Positions 1 through 11,507 of a DNA stretch of 32,000 bases are shown here, piece after piece (positions within the stretch are counted from its first letter, which is position 1; every line of letters begins with the position of its first letter). The stretch covers positions 1,980,001-2,012,000 of the forward strand of contig NZ_JAGIOS010000001.1 of NCBI RefSeq assembly GCF_017876815.1, written 5' to 3'. Under the pieces are notes generated by a model. That model was not told the DNA's origin, ran no database searches, and saw only the letters and a list, made by a program, of their open reading frames with translations. Position numbers and translations under genes: made by a program. The stretch comes from Sinorhizobium meliloti. GTDB lineage: Bacteria > Pseudomonadota > Alphaproteobacteria > Rhizobiales > Rhizobiaceae.

Positions 1-114
1 GACAACAAGGAGACCGCCTGCGCCACGCTGCGCGAGGTCAACAAGCGCTATCCGAAAGCATCACCCGCCGTGAAGGCGAAGGTGGCGAGCGAGCAGAGCC
101 GTTTCGGCTGCTGA
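1..114 (+). CDS. 3' end of upstream gene (partial), possibly Tol-Pal-associated CpoB/YbgF C-terminus
   Basis: Frame 1 is open from the window edge to TGA at 112-114 (...DNKETACATLREVNKRYPKASPAVKAKVASEQSRFGC*). The product guess rests only on the usual tol-pal/ybgF-tilS-ftsH order in alphaproteobacteria. Confidence 0.4.
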   Translation, partial: DNKETACATLREVNKRYPKASPAVKAKVASEQSRFGC

Positions 115-125
115 GGCGGGCCCAG

Positions 126-1487
126 ATGCCCCATGCCGTCCTCGATACGGCCCGAAATTTTCTCCGATCCTTTATCACGCCCCGCAGGATCCTGGTTGCC
201 GTCTCCGGTGGCAGCGACTCGATGGGGCTGCTTGTAGCCCTGCATTCGGCGATCGCCGCAGATGAGCGACGCGGATTTTCCCTTGCCGCCTGCACTGTCG
301 ACCATGCGCTGAGGCCGCAGTCGGCTTGTGAAGCCGAAGATGTGGCGGCCTTTTGTGCTGCGCTCGGCATTGCCCACCGTATCTGCCGCTGGGAGGGCGC
401 GAAGCCGTCGACCGGCATTCAGGCGGCGGCTCGAAACAAGCGCTACGAATTGCTGGCCGAGGCCGCCGACGCGCTCGGCGCCGATTGCATCGCGATCGGC
501 CATACCCGCGACGACCAGCAGGAGACCGTCGCCATGCGCATTGCCCGCGGCAAGGGTGATGGTGCCGGAGACGGGCAGGGCGAGGGGCATGGCGGCGCCG
601 GCATGGCCGCGTCCATGTTATACGGACGGCGTATCTGGGTGTTGCGGCCGTTTCTCGGCTTGGCGCGCGCCGAGATCCGCAGCTTTCTCCAGGCACGCGG
701 CGTCTCCTGGATCGACGATCCGAGCAATGCAAACCCCGCCTTCGAGCGGGTCCGGGTGCGTGCCCGTATAGCGACATCCGGAGGGATGCCGACGCCCTTG
801 GGCAACGGGCGCCAGCGCGCCGCCTCTTCCGCCAGAGCCGCCGCCCTGATCGAGAAGCGTATCCGCGTTCACGAGGCGCTCGTCGCGGAGGTCTCGGCGC
901 GGCATGCCGGGGAGATCGACGATCCGGACTGGCGCCGTGCGCTCCTGACGGTCGCGTCGGTTCTCGGCGGGCGCGAGCACATGCCCGCTTTCGCCACGGT
1001 GCAGCGGCTTTCGCAGTTCCTGCGATCGGGTGAGCCTGGCCGCATGACGGCGGGACGGGTCGTCTTCGACCGGCGAGCAAGCGGTCTCTATCTCTATCGA
1101 GAGGCGCGCAACCTGCCGGTGCTCGCCGTTGGACCGGGCCGGCAGGGCGCTTGGGATGGGCGGTTCACGGTAAAGAGCCGCGGGCCTGCGGTTACGGTCG
1201 CCGCGGACGCTTCGGGGAGGTTGTGGACCAAGAGGCTTATTGACGCAGGGCTGCCGGCGGGGATTGCCAAGCGGGGGTCCACGGTGGCACCAGAAATCGC
1301 GTCGACGGACGGCGCGGGGCTCGCCTTCGGCGAGGCTCCGGCGCAAGTCGAGTACCACATCGGGCTTTACGACACCTTTTTGCCGGGTTTCGACAGGATC
1401 ATGGCGGATGCGGTCGCCGTGTCGTTTGGGCGTGATCGATACCCCGCGCCGCCGGTGCACGATGTTTTGATAGAAATGGAAACGTAA
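126..1487 (+). CDS. tilS: tRNA(Ile)-lysidine synthetase
   Basis: 453-aa ORF with the N-terminal PP-loop motif VAVSGGSDSMGLL (SGGxDS). It lies immediately upstream of ftsH, as is typical. Confidence 0.88.
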   Translation: MPHAVLDTARNFLRSFITPRRILVAVSGGSDSMGLLVALHSAIAADERRGFSLAACTVDHALRPQSACEAEDVAAFCAALGIAHRICRWEGAKPSTGIQAAARNKRYELLAEAADALGADCIAIGHTRDDQQETVAMRIARGKGDGAGDGQGEGHGGAGMAASMLYGRRIWVLRPFLGLARAEIRSFLQARGVSWIDDPSNANPAFERVRVRARIATSGGMPTPLGNGRQRAASSARAAALIEKRIRVHEALVAEVSARHAGEIDDPDWRRALLTVASVLGGREHMPAFATVQRLSQFLRSGEPGRMTAGRVVFDRRASGLYLYREARNLPVLAVGPGRQGAWDGRFTVKSRGPAVTVAADASGRLWTKRLIDAGLPAGIAKRGSTVAPEIASTDGAGLAFGEAPAQVEYHIGLYDTFLPGFDRIMADAVAVSFGRDRYPAPPVHDVLIEMET

Positions 1488-1586
1488 CCGGCGGTTTTCC
1501 TTGGCAAGGTCACCCCGGACACCTATGTTAGGGACAAGAATACAGTCCGGCAAATGCGCGGGCTGCGACAGGTTCCGGGGAGTTCG

Positions 1587-3524
<1,938 letters not shown>

Positions 3525-3546
3525 GTTCCTACACATGCGCAAATCA

Positions 3547-3583
3547 AATGCCGCCGCTCCGGAAGGGGCGGCGGCATTTTTTG
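3547..3583 (+). terminator. Rho-independent terminator after ftsH
   Basis: 10-bp GC-rich stem ATGCCGCCGC (3548-3557) / GCGGCGGCAT (3568-3577) followed by a T-run. Confidence 0.75.
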
Positions 3584-3847
3584 GATGCTCACGGTTTCAA
3601 TGAAGCAGTGGTGCGCGCCGGTTTTGCGTTCATGCTTCAGGCGACCCGGCCGAAGCGTTGAAAGATCCAGTTGTAACGCGCTGTAATGATTTCTGATGTT
3701 ATGATCGGTGCCGTATATTGCGGTTTTATGGCAAATATGGCGCAGATCTGCAGGCGGGGTCGCGGAACTATGAAAAACAATAGCGGAACACGCAGGCAGA
3801 CGCGGCCGGCACAAGAGACGATGCCGAAGCAGGACAATGGAGTTTTT

Positions 3848-5200
3848 ATGAAGCGCAGATATTTCGGCACCGACGGCATTCGCGGCCAGTCCAATATATT
3901 TCCGATGACGCCGGACCTCGCCATGCGGGTCGGCATTGCAGTGGGAACCATTTTCAGAAACGGCGCTCACCGACACCGGGTGGTGATCGGCAAGGATACG
4001 CGCCTCTCCGGCTATATGCTCGAGAACGCGATGGTCGCGGGCTTCACGGCGGCGGGGCTCGACGTCTTTCTGCTCGGCCCGATCCCGACGCCAGGCGTCG
4101 CCATGCTGACGCGGTCGCTGAGGGCCGATATCGGCGTGATGATCTCCGCCTCGCACAATGCGTTTCGCGACAACGGCATCAAGCTCTTCGGACCCGACGG
4201 CTACAAGCTTTCGGATGACATCGAGCAAAAGATCGAGGACCTGCTGGAGCAGGACATGTCCGGGCAGCTCGCCAAGCCGGAGGATATCGGCCGGGCCAAG
4301 CGCGTCGACGGTGACATCTACCGTTATATCGAGCAGGCCAAGCGGACGCTGCCGCGCGACGTCACGCTGAAAGGTCTCCGGATCGCCATCGACTGCGCAA
4401 ACGGTGCCGCCTACAAGGTCGCGCCCTCCGCCCTTTGGGAACTCGGCGCCGAAGTCGTTACGATCGGGACCGAACCGAACGGCGTCAACATCAACCTCGA
4501 ATGCGGATCGACGCATCCGGCGGCGCTTCAGAAGAAGGTGCACGAGGTGAGGGCGGATATCGGCATCGCGCTCGACGGAGACGCCGACCGTGTTCTGATC
4601 GTCGACGAGGAGGGGGCGGTCATCGACGGGGACCAGCTCATGGCGGTCATCGCCGACAGCTGGGCGGCAGACGGCATGCTCAAGGGCGGCGGCATTGCCG
4701 CGACAGTCATGTCGAATCTCGGCCTCGAACGCTACCTTCAGGCGCGCCGGCTCAAGCTTCACCGCACGAAGGTGGGCGACCGCTACGTCGTCGAGCAGAT
4801 GCGTCAGGACGGCCTGAACGTCGGTGGCGAACAATCGGGCCATATCGTGCTTTCCGATTTCGGCACGACCGGCGACGGCCTCGTCGCGGCGCTGCAGATC
4901 CTCGCGGTCGTCAAGCGCCAGGGCAAGACGGTGAGCGAAATCTGCCGTCGTTTCGAGCCGGTGCCGCAGGTCCTGAAGAACGTTCGCGTGTCGGCCGGCA
5001 AGCCCCTGGAGGATGCGGCCGTGCAGCAGGCGATCGCCGAAGCAGAGGCGCAGCTCGCCAAGAACGGGCGGCTGCTCATCCGGCCCTCCGGCACCGAACC
5101 GCTGATCCGCGTCATGGCGGAAGGCGACGACCGCGGTCAGGTCGAGCGCATCGTCGACGAACTCGTCAACGTGATCGGCGGCGTGCGCAACGCTGCCTGA
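3848..5200 (+). CDS. glmM: Phosphoglucosamine mutase
   Basis: [14 protein letters not shown]-terminus and phosphoserine loop [13 protein letters not shown]. Start at ATG 3848 (AATGGAG upstream) instead of the longest-ORF start 3686. Confidence 0.95.
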   Translation: MKRRYFGTDGIRGQSNIFPMTPDLAMRVGIAVGTIFRNGAHRHRVVIGKDTRLSGYMLENAMVAGFTAAGLDVFLLGPIPTPGVAMLTRSLRADIGVMISASHNAFRDNGIKLFGPDGYKLSDDIEQKIEDLLEQDMSGQLAKPEDIGRAKRVDGDIYRYIEQAKRTLPRDVTLKGLRIAIDCANGAAYKVAPSALWELGAEVVTIGTEPNGVNINLECGSTHPAALQKKVHEVRADIGIALDGDADRVLIVDEEGAVIDGDQLMAVIADSWAADGMLKGGGIAATVMSNLGLERYLQARRLKLHRTKVGDRYVVEQMRQDGLNVGGEQSGHIVLSDFGTTGDGLVAALQILAVVKRQGKTVSEICRRFEPVPQVLKNVRVSAGKPLEDAAVQQAIAEAEAQLAKNGRLLIRPSGTEPLIRVMAEGDDRGQVERIVDELVNVIGGVRNAA

Positions 5201-5213
5201 AGAAGTAGCCTTT

Positions 5214-5474
5214 GCCCCTCATCCGGCCTGCCGGCCACCTTCTCCCCGCAAGCGGGGCGAAGGGACAAGCGGCCTGCCCCTCGAACACCATCGCCTCCCG
5301 GCGTCAGGGAGTGAAACCGTTGCCACGAGTCACCTTCTCCCCGCAAGCGGGGCGAAAGGACAAGGGGCCTGCCCTCGTACGCCATCGCCTCCCGGCGTCA
5401 GGGAGTGAAACCGTTGCCACGAGTCACCTTCTCCCCGCGCGCGGGGAGAAGGTGACGGCAGGCGGATGAGGGGC
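5214..5474. repeat. Composite RIME/REP-like palindromic element with an internal ~95-bp tandem duplication
   Basis: Terminal inverted repeat GCCCCTCATCCGGCCTGCCG (5214-5233) / CGGCAGGCGGATGAGGGGC (5456-5474). Tandem units 5236-5330 and 5331-5424 plus a partial third from 5425. Each unit has hairpins CCTTCTCCCCGC..GCGGGGCGAAGG and CTCCCGGCGTCAGGGAG. Confidence 0.85.
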
Positions 5475-5538
5475 AACTATTGTTGGCTGCGACGACCGAA
5501 TACTGCCGACAGTTAATATTCAAGGTAAATTTTTGTAG

Positions 5539-5553
5539 TTAATCAGGGATTAA
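5539..5553 (+). promoter_or_regulatory. Candidate CtrA box TTAA-N7-TTAAC upstream of OMP gene 1
   Basis: TTAAtcagggaTTAAc lies ~95 nt upstream of ATG 5648. A half-site-like TTAA is at 5513-5516. Confidence 0.5.
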
Positions 5554-5647
5554 CCATTCCCCTTCATTATGCGTCGAAGCATACGGAACCGCTGCGACTA
5601 TGATCCGTCAGCCGTTCAAGAATACTCTAATGTATTGGGGTTGGGGC

Positions 5648-6475
5648 ATGAAGAAGATTTTTAGGGGCGTTGCTGCGGCTCTGCTGAGCGGCACGCCGGT
5701 ATATGCAGCGGACGTCTATCAGCCGCCCGTGGAAGCGCCGTTCGTCGAGCAGCCTGTGGAGGTGGTCGAAGCCAGCGGCTGGTATTTGCGCGGCGACGTC
5801 GGCTACGCGTGGAACGATTTGCGCGGGGCCCACTATTTCCAGGGCTCGAACAGCAACCTGGTCGATTTCGACCGCGCCGATGTGGATGATTCCTACGTCC
5901 TTGGCGGCGGTGTCGGATACCAGATCAACAGCTATCTGCGCGCCGACGTCACGCTCGACTACCTCGGCGAGTCCGACTTCAACGGTTCTACCAGCGGCGG
6001 TTGCGGGGTTGCCGTCAATTGCGTCTCGAACGATGTCGCATCGATGTCCGCCTGGAGCCTGCTCGCCAATGCCTATGTGGACCTCGGGACCTACGGCGCC
6101 TTCACGCCCTATGTCGGTGCCGGTATCGGTGGCACCCGGGTAAAGTGGGGAACGCTGCGCAACACGAGTTGCGACGTCACGGATCCGAGCAACTGCGACC
6201 CGACGATCGAGCACAAGGGCGAAAGCGATTGGCGCTTCACCTATGCGCTGATGGCCGGTACCTCCGTAGATCTCACCTGCAATCTCAAGGCCGATGTCGG
6301 CTACCGCTTCCGCCATATCAACGGCGGCAACATGTTCGGCTACAATCTCAACAGCGGCCCGGCCTACGACAAGGACATCTATGTGCACGAGGCGCGCGCC
6401 GGCTTGCGCTATTCCTTCGGCAACAATTGCGAAGCGGCCTATGTGCCGCCGGCCGAGCCGATCGTATACAAGTGA
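5648..6475 (+). CDS. Outer-membrane beta-barrel protein, Omp25/Omp31/RopB (OMP_b-brl) family
   Basis: Signal peptide MKKIFRGVAAALLSGTPVYAAD, alternating beta-strand pattern, and family motifs LRGDVGYAW, FTPYVGAGIGG, WRFTYALMAG and C-terminal ...GLRYSF. Start at ATG 5648 within ORF 5600..6475. Confidence 0.85.
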   Translation: MKKIFRGVAAALLSGTPVYAADVYQPPVEAPFVEQPVEVVEASGWYLRGDVGYAWNDLRGAHYFQGSNSNLVDFDRADVDDSYVLGGGVGYQINSYLRADVTLDYLGESDFNGSTSGGCGVAVNCVSNDVASMSAWSLLANAYVDLGTYGAFTPYVGAGIGGTRVKWGTLRNTSCDVTDPSNCDPTIEHKGESDWRFTYALMAGTSVDLTCNLKADVGYRFRHINGGNMFGYNLNSGPAYDKDIYVHEARAGLRYSFGNNCEAAYVPPAEPIVYK

Positions 6476-6504
6476 TCCGAGCTAGACCTAGACTGCGGAG
6501 TTTC

Positions 6505-6539
6505 GAAGGGCCGTCCCATGGGGCGGCCCTTCCGTTTTG
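6505..6539 (+). terminator. Rho-independent terminator after OMP gene 1
   Basis: Stem GAAGGGCCGtCCC / GGGcGGCCCTTC followed by CGTTTTG. Confidence 0.65.
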
Positions 6540-6569
6540 TCGCCCTTTCCACATTCCTAAGAGACATGG

Positions 6570-6584
6570 TTAACCCATAGTTAA
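6570..6584 (+). promoter_or_regulatory. Candidate CtrA box TTAA-N7-TTAAC upstream of OMP gene 2
   Basis: TTAAcccatagTTAAc lies ~100 nt upstream of ATG 6687. It sits inside three copies of (A)T(A/G)GTTAAC(C/G)C at 6566-6576, 6577-6587 and 6597-6607. Confidence 0.5.
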
Positions 6585-6686
6585 CCCGTGCCTGCAATAG
6601 TTAACGCGAATGGTCAGCTTCATGCTGCAGCGCTTTGCGTCCCCATATGCGCAAGCCCGCAGCTTGGCCGAGCGAAAGGGCATGGC

Positions 6687-7487
6687 ATGGATTGGCGACG
6701 GGGATTTTGCAGCATGGCGTTCTGCGCCGGCCTGTTGGCGCCGTTCTCCGCACAGGCCGCCGACGAAGAACTGCTCGACGCGCCCGAGATAACGATTTCG
6801 CCGGAAGCGACCGGCGGCGGCCGCCTTTATCTGCGTGGCGACATCGGCTACGCGGCCTGGCTGGACGAGGGCGATCCCTTCTACCGCTCCTTTGGCGGCA
6901 CGGGAGAAGTTTCCTTCGACAACGCACGCTTCGACAAGCCGCCCTCCGCCACGATCGGTCTCGGCTATCAATTCACCGACGTCATTCGTGCCGACCTGAC
7001 GGCCGAATATTTCGAGGGCCGCTTCGACGGGTCGTCGCTGTCCGCCAGTCCGTGCGCGGGCGAGGGCGCTGGGACAAGGTGTGCCCTTTCCCACAGCGCC
7101 AATTTTTCCGCGCTCGGCCTGATGGCAAACGGTTATCTCGATCTGGCGACGCTTGCCGGTTTCACGCCGTATCTCGGTGCCGGTATCGGAGCAACCCGGA
7201 TCGACTGGAAAACGACCCATGAAACCTCGACTTGCGTCGGGGCAGGCGGGGCCTGCTCCGGGGCGGCGGGCGGTGCTTCCTACGGCGGGCGGGACAGCTG
7301 GCGCTTTACCTACGCCCTCATGGCGGGTGTCTCCTACGATGTCACGGATCGGCTGAAGTTCGATGCGGGCTATCGCTATTCGCAAATCGCGGATGGCGAC
7401 ATGTTTGGCTCCGGGGGCGCGAAGGGTCATGACGACGGACTCTCACGCCATGAGTTCCGAGTCGGCCTGCGTTTCGCGCTTTGGTGA
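6687..7487 (+). CDS. Outer-membrane beta-barrel protein, Omp25/Omp31/RopB family (paralog of 5648..6475)
   Basis: Signal peptide MDWRRGFCSMAFCAGLLAPFSAQAAD. Shares LRGDIGYAAW, FTPYLGAGIGATRIDW, WRFTYALMAG and GLRFALW with the upstream paralog. ATG 6714 is an alternative start. Confidence 0.8.
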   Translation: MDWRRGFCSMAFCAGLLAPFSAQAADEELLDAPEITISPEATGGGRLYLRGDIGYAAWLDEGDPFYRSFGGTGEVSFDNARFDKPPSATIGLGYQFTDVIRADLTAEYFEGRFDGSSLSASPCAGEGAGTRCALSHSANFSALGLMANGYLDLATLAGFTPYLGAGIGATRIDWKTTHETSTCVGAGGACSGAAGGASYGGRDSWRFTYALMAGVSYDVTDRLKFDAGYRYSQIADGDMFGSGGAKGHDDGLSRHEFRVGLRFALW

Positions 7488-7624
7488 TGCAGAGCGGGTT
7501 TGCTCGAAACGGCAAAAGTTTCTTCAATCGCGACGCGACCGCTTGACTTCCTCTCCGAGCCGCAATATTCCCGGCGGCGGGACACCCCTCCCCAACGAGG
7601 GGCTTCTATCTGAGAGGATAGCAT

Positions 7625-8803
7625 ATGACGAAGCCTGCCAAGCCGGCCATGCGCCCGGCCAATACTCATTTTTCTTCTGGTCCTTGCGCCAAGCGTCCCG
7701 GTTGGACGCTCGAAGCTCTCTCCGATGCCCCGCTCGGTCGCTCGCACCGTGCCAAGATCGGAAAGACGAAGCTCAAGCAAGCGATCGACCTTACCCGCGA
7801 AATTCTCGAAGTTCCGGCCGACTACCGTATCGGTATCGTCCCCGCTTCGGATACCGGTGCCGTTGAAATGGCGCTCTGGTCGCTGCTCGGCGCCCGCGGC
7901 GTCGACATGCTGGCCTGGGAGAGCTTTGGTGCCGGCTGGGTGACCGACGTCGTCAAGCAGTTGAAGCTCTCCGACGTACGCCGCCTCGAAGCCGATTACG
8001 GCGAGCTCCCGGACCTGTCCAAGGTCGATTTCGACCGCGACGTGGTCTTCACCTGGAACGGCACGACCTCCGGCGTGCGTGTCCCGAATGCCGATTTCAT
8101 TCCCGCGGATCGCAAGGGCCTGACCATCTGCGATGCGACCTCCGCCGCCTTCGCGCAGGCGCTCGATTTCGCCAAGCTCGACGTCGTGACTTTCTCCTGG
8201 CAGAAGGTGCTCGGTGGAGAGGGCGCCCATGGCGTGCTGATCCTCAGCCCCCGCGCCGTCGAACGGCTGGAGACCTATGTCCCCGCCTGGCCGCTGCCGA
8301 AGATCTTCCGCATGACCAAGGGCGGCAAGCTCATCGAAGGTATCTTCACCGGCGAGACGATCAATACGCCGTCCATGCTCTGCGTCGAGGACTATATCGA
8401 CGCGCTTCTCTGGGCGAAGTCGGTCGGTGGCCTCGAAGGTCTGATGGCCCGCGCCGATGCCAATGCCGAGGTCATTCACCGTTTCGTTGCAGCCAACGAC
8501 TGGATCGCCAACCTCGCGGTGAAGCCCGAAACCCGCTCCAATACGTCGGTCTGCCTGAAGATCGCCGACAATGATGTGTCGGCGCTCGACGCGGACGCAC
8601 AGGCCGCCTTCGCCAAGGGCGTCGTGGCCCTCCTCGAGAAGGAAGGCGTCGCATTCGACATCGGCCACTATCGCGATGCGCCGTCCGGGCTTCGCATATG
8701 GGCGGGCGCGACGATCGAGACGTCCGACATGGAAGCGCTGATGCCGTGGCTTGCCTGGGCTTTCGAGACCCAGAAGGCGACGCTTTCGCAGGCTGCCGCC
8801 TGA
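7625..8803 (+). CDS. serC: Phosphoserine aminotransferase (long alphaproteobacterial type)
   Basis: 392-aa ORF with GAGAGGA upstream of the ATG. Aminotransferase class V-like sequence, adjacent to serA. Confidence 0.9.
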   Translation: MTKPAKPAMRPANTHFSSGPCAKRPGWTLEALSDAPLGRSHRAKIGKTKLKQAIDLTREILEVPADYRIGIVPASDTGAVEMALWSLLGARGVDMLAWESFGAGWVTDVVKQLKLSDVRRLEADYGELPDLSKVDFDRDVVFTWNGTTSGVRVPNADFIPADRKGLTICDATSAAFAQALDFAKLDVVTFSWQKVLGGEGAHGVLILSPRAVERLETYVPAWPLPKIFRMTKGGKLIEGIFTGETINTPSMLCVEDYIDALLWAKSVGGLEGLMARADANAEVIHRFVAANDWIANLAVKPETRSNTSVCLKIADNDVSALDADAQAAFAKGVVALLEKEGVAFDIGHYRDAPSGLRIWAGATIETSDMEALMPWLAWAFETQKATLSQAAA

Positions 8804-8884
8804 TCCGATGCGATCCGCTTCGCTCTCCCTGAGGGCGAAGCCTAATCCCCAATGGTTCAGACCTGTTTTTTCAAGGAGGCCTTC

Positions 8885-10480
8885 ATGGCACCTCGCGTTC
8901 TCGTATCCGATGAACTGTCGGAAACCGCTGTCCAGATATTCCGCGACCATGGCGTGGAAGTGGATTTCCAGCCGAAGCTTGGCAAGGACAAGGAGAAGCT
9001 TGCCGAGATCATCGGCAATTACGACGGCCTCGCCATCCGCTCAGCCACCAAGGTGACCGAAAAGCTGATCGCCGCCGCGACCAATCTCAAGGTCGTCGGC
9101 CGCGCCGGCATCGGCGTCGACAATGTCGACATTCCCGCCGCTTCGCGCCGCGGCATCATCGTCATGAACACGCCCTTCGGCAACTCGATCACCACCGCCG
9201 AGCATGCGATCGCCTTGATGTTCGCGGTTGCCCGCCAGCTTCCCGCTGCCGACGGCTCGACCCAGGCCGGCAAGTGGGAAAAGTCGAAGTTCATGGGTGT
9301 CGAGATCACCGGCAAGGTGCTCGGCGTCATCGGCGCCGGCAATATCGGCTCGATCGTCTGCGCCCGCGCGATCGGTCTCAAGATGCACGTCATCGCCTAT
9401 GATCCGTTCCTGTCGAAGGAGCGGGCGGAGGAAATGGGGGTCGTCAAGGTCGAGCTCGACGAACTCCTCGCCCAGGCAGACTTCATCAGCCTGCACGTGC
9501 CGCTGACGGACAAGACCCGCAACATCCTGAACGCGGAGGCGATCGCGAAGGCCAAGCCGGGCGTGCGTATCATCAACTGCGCCCGCGGCGGTCTCGTCGA
9601 TGAAAAGGCGCTTGCGGAGGCCCTCAAGGCCGGCCACGTCGCCGGCGCAGGCTTCGACGTCTTCGAGGTCGAGCCCGCCACCGAGAGCCCGCTCTTCGGC
9701 CTGCCGAACGTCGTCTGCACCCCGCATCTCGGCGCATCGACCACCGAGGCGCAGGAGAACGTCGCTCTGCAGGTCGCCGAGCAGATGTCGGAGTATCTCG
9801 TCAAGGGTGCGGTCACCAACGCCATCAACATGCCGTCGATCACGGCGGAAGAGGCGCCGATCCTAAAGCCCTTCATCCGACTCGCGGACGTTCTCGGGGC
9901 CTTTGTCGGGCAGGTCACCGAAAGTGCGATCAAGGAGATCGAGATACTCTACGACGGCTCGACCGCGGCGATGAACACCAAGGCGCTGACGAGCGCGGCG
10001 CTTGCCGGCCTGATCCGCCCGCAGGTGGCCGACGTCAACATGGTTTCGGCGCCGGTCATGGTCAAGGAAAAGGGTGTGATCCTTTCCGAGGTCAAGCGCG
10101 ACAAGACCGGCGTCTTCGACGGCTACATCAAGTTGACTGTAAAGACGGCGAACCAGACCCGCTCGGTCGCAGGTACCGTCTTTTCCGACGGCAAGCCGCG
10201 CTTCATCCAGATCAAGGGCATCAATCTCGATGCGGATGTCGGCAATCACATGGTCTACATCACCAACACCGACGTTCCCGGCATGATCGGCTTCATCGGA
10301 TCGACCCTCGGCGACGCGGGCGTCAACATCGCCAACTTCCAGCTCGGCCGTGAGAAACAGGGCGGCGATGCAATCGCGCTGCTTTACGTCGATGGCCCGG
10401 TTTCGGAGATCGTGCTCGACAAGCTGCGGGCGAACGAAGCGATCCGCCAGGCAAAGCCGCTGGTGTTCAATATCGACTGA
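8885..10480 (+). CDS. serA: D-3-phosphoglycerate dehydrogenase (long form with C-terminal ACT region)
   Basis: MAPRVLVSDEL N-terminus, NAD-binding GVIGAGNIGS, 531 aa. AAGGAGG lies 4 nt upstream of ATG 8885. Confidence 0.96.
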   Translation: MAPRVLVSDELSETAVQIFRDHGVEVDFQPKLGKDKEKLAEIIGNYDGLAIRSATKVTEKLIAAATNLKVVGRAGIGVDNVDIPAASRRGIIVMNTPFGNSITTAEHAIALMFAVARQLPAADGSTQAGKWEKSKFMGVEITGKVLGVIGAGNIGSIVCARAIGLKMHVIAYDPFLSKERAEEMGVVKVELDELLAQADFISLHVPLTDKTRNILNAEAIAKAKPGVRIINCARGGLVDEKALAEALKAGHVAGAGFDVFEVEPATESPLFGLPNVVCTPHLGASTTEAQENVALQVAEQMSEYLVKGAVTNAINMPSITAEEAPILKPFIRLADVLGAFVGQVTESAIKEIEILYDGSTAAMNTKALTSAALAGLIRPQVADVNMVSAPVMVKEKGVILSEVKRDKTGVFDGYIKLTVKTANQTRSVAGTVFSDGKPRFIQIKGINLDADVGNHMVYITNTDVPGMIGFIGSTLGDAGVNIANFQLGREKQGGDAIALLYVDGPVSEIVLDKLRANEAIRQAKPLVFNID

Positions 10481-10489
10481 GCACGGTCG

Positions 10490-10562
10490 CCCCCCTCATC
10501 CGGCCTGCCGGCACCTTTCCCCATCGTGTGGGGAGAAGGGGCCGGCAGGCGGATGAGGGGCG
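10490..10562. repeat. Minimal RIME/REP-like palindromic element (likely also the serA terminator)
   Basis: CCCCTCATCCGGCCTGCCGGC ... GCCGGCAGGCGGATGAGGGG flank an inner hairpin TTTCCCCA..TGGGGAGAA. The terminal repeats match those at 5214-5474 and 18886-19048. Confidence 0.85.
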
Positions 10563-10616
10563 GGTTACTACAGCGCGGCGCGATTTCTCACGCGCGCGAA
10601 CATGCGAGCCTTTATG

Positions 10617-11507
10617 TCACCGCGGCAGCTTCGGCCGGCCGCGTTCGGCGATGGCGATGCCGCCGAGGACGAGTGCCAACGCCGCGAGATGAAACGGGTG
10701 AAATATCTCGCCGACCAGAAGGACGGAGAGAAGGGTCCCGAACACCGGAATGGCGTTGATGAACAGACCGGCACGGTTGGCGCCGATCATCTCGACGCCG
10801 CGAACATAGAGAACCTGCGACATCAGCGAGGGGAAGATCGCCGCATAGATCACGATCGCCCAGCCGGTCGCATCCGGCATGATCGCCGTGCCTTTCCCCA
10901 TCTCCCACAAGAGGAGCGGTATGGCGCTCAGCAGCGCCCCGAAGGCCGGGGCGGCTATGAAGCTCTGCCAATGCATCGCCGGTTTCCACCGCAGCGCAAC
11001 CGTATATGCGGCATAGACGATGCAGGCGAGGATCATCAGCGCGTCGCCGAAATTGAAGCTCAGGCGCATGAGGCTCGCGAGATCGCCATGGGCGGCGGTA
11101 ATGAGCACGCCGACCAATGTGACGGTAAAGCCGATGACCTGGGCGAGCGACGCCTTCATCTTGAAAAGCGCGAAATTGAAGATGAAGATCAGCATCGGAA
11201 TGCCGGCCTGAAGGATGACGGCATTGATGGCGCTGGTGTATTGCACCGCGGAATACAGGAACGCATTGAACATGGTGAAGCCGACGGCGCCATAGGCAAG
11301 CAGCTGCAGCCAGTGCTGGCGGATCTTTTGCCAGTCGCGGCGGATCTGCGGCGTCATCAGGACCAGGATGACCGCAAGCGCGAGCAACCAGCGCAAGGTC
11401 GTCAGCATCATCGGGCTGACGTGCCCGACGGCCATCTTGCCCGCTACCGAATTGCCGCCCCAAAAGAGCGCGGTAATACCGAGATAGAAATAGGCCCTGG
11501 CGTTCAC
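10617..11507 (-). CDS. EamA/DMT-family transporter
   Basis: 296 aa, about 10 hydrophobic segments, N-terminus ...LGITALFWGGNSVAGK typical of EamA repeats. The start is GTG at 11507 and is uncertain. Confidence 0.82.
   Translation of the reverse strand: MNARAYFYLGITALFWGGNSVAGKMAVGHVSPMMLTTLRWLLALAVILVLMTPQIRRDWQKIRQHWLQLLAYGAVGFTMFNAFLYSAVQYTSAINAVILQAGIPMLIFIFNFALFKMKASLAQVIGFTVTLVGVLITAAHGDLASLMRLSFNFGDALMILACIVYAAYTVALRWKPAMHWQSFIAAPAFGALLSAIPLLLWEMGKGTAIMPDATGWAIVIYAAIFPSLMSQVLYVRGVEMIGANRAGLFINAIPVFGTLLSVLLVGEIFHPFHLAALALVLGGIAIAERGRPKLPR

Noticed and set aside
3583-3847. 265-nt ftsH-glmM intergenic region, considered for a riboswitch, small RNA or short ORFs (3637..3951 minus, 3686 start plus)
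   Set aside because: I could not recognise any conserved riboswitch core or a convincing hairpin/terminator pair. The ORFs lack SD sequences and overlap the true glmM start. Left unannotated.
5236-5452. Possible CRISPR array, given regularly repeated hairpin-containing units
   Set aside because: The whole ~95-bp unit is repeated head-to-tail with no unique spacers, there are only about 2.3 copies, and no cas genes are present. It is a tandem duplication.
5137-5469. ORFs 5137..5385 (-) and 5212..5469 (+) encoding PLIRPAGHLLP / GEKV-type peptides. Analogous ORFs lie at 10350..10556, 10526..10759, 18820..19206, 18862..19050 and 18891..19079.
   Set aside because: They are translations of the palindromic RIME-like repeats. 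The same peptide appears on both strands because the DNA is an inverted repeat, and there is no SD or coding signal.
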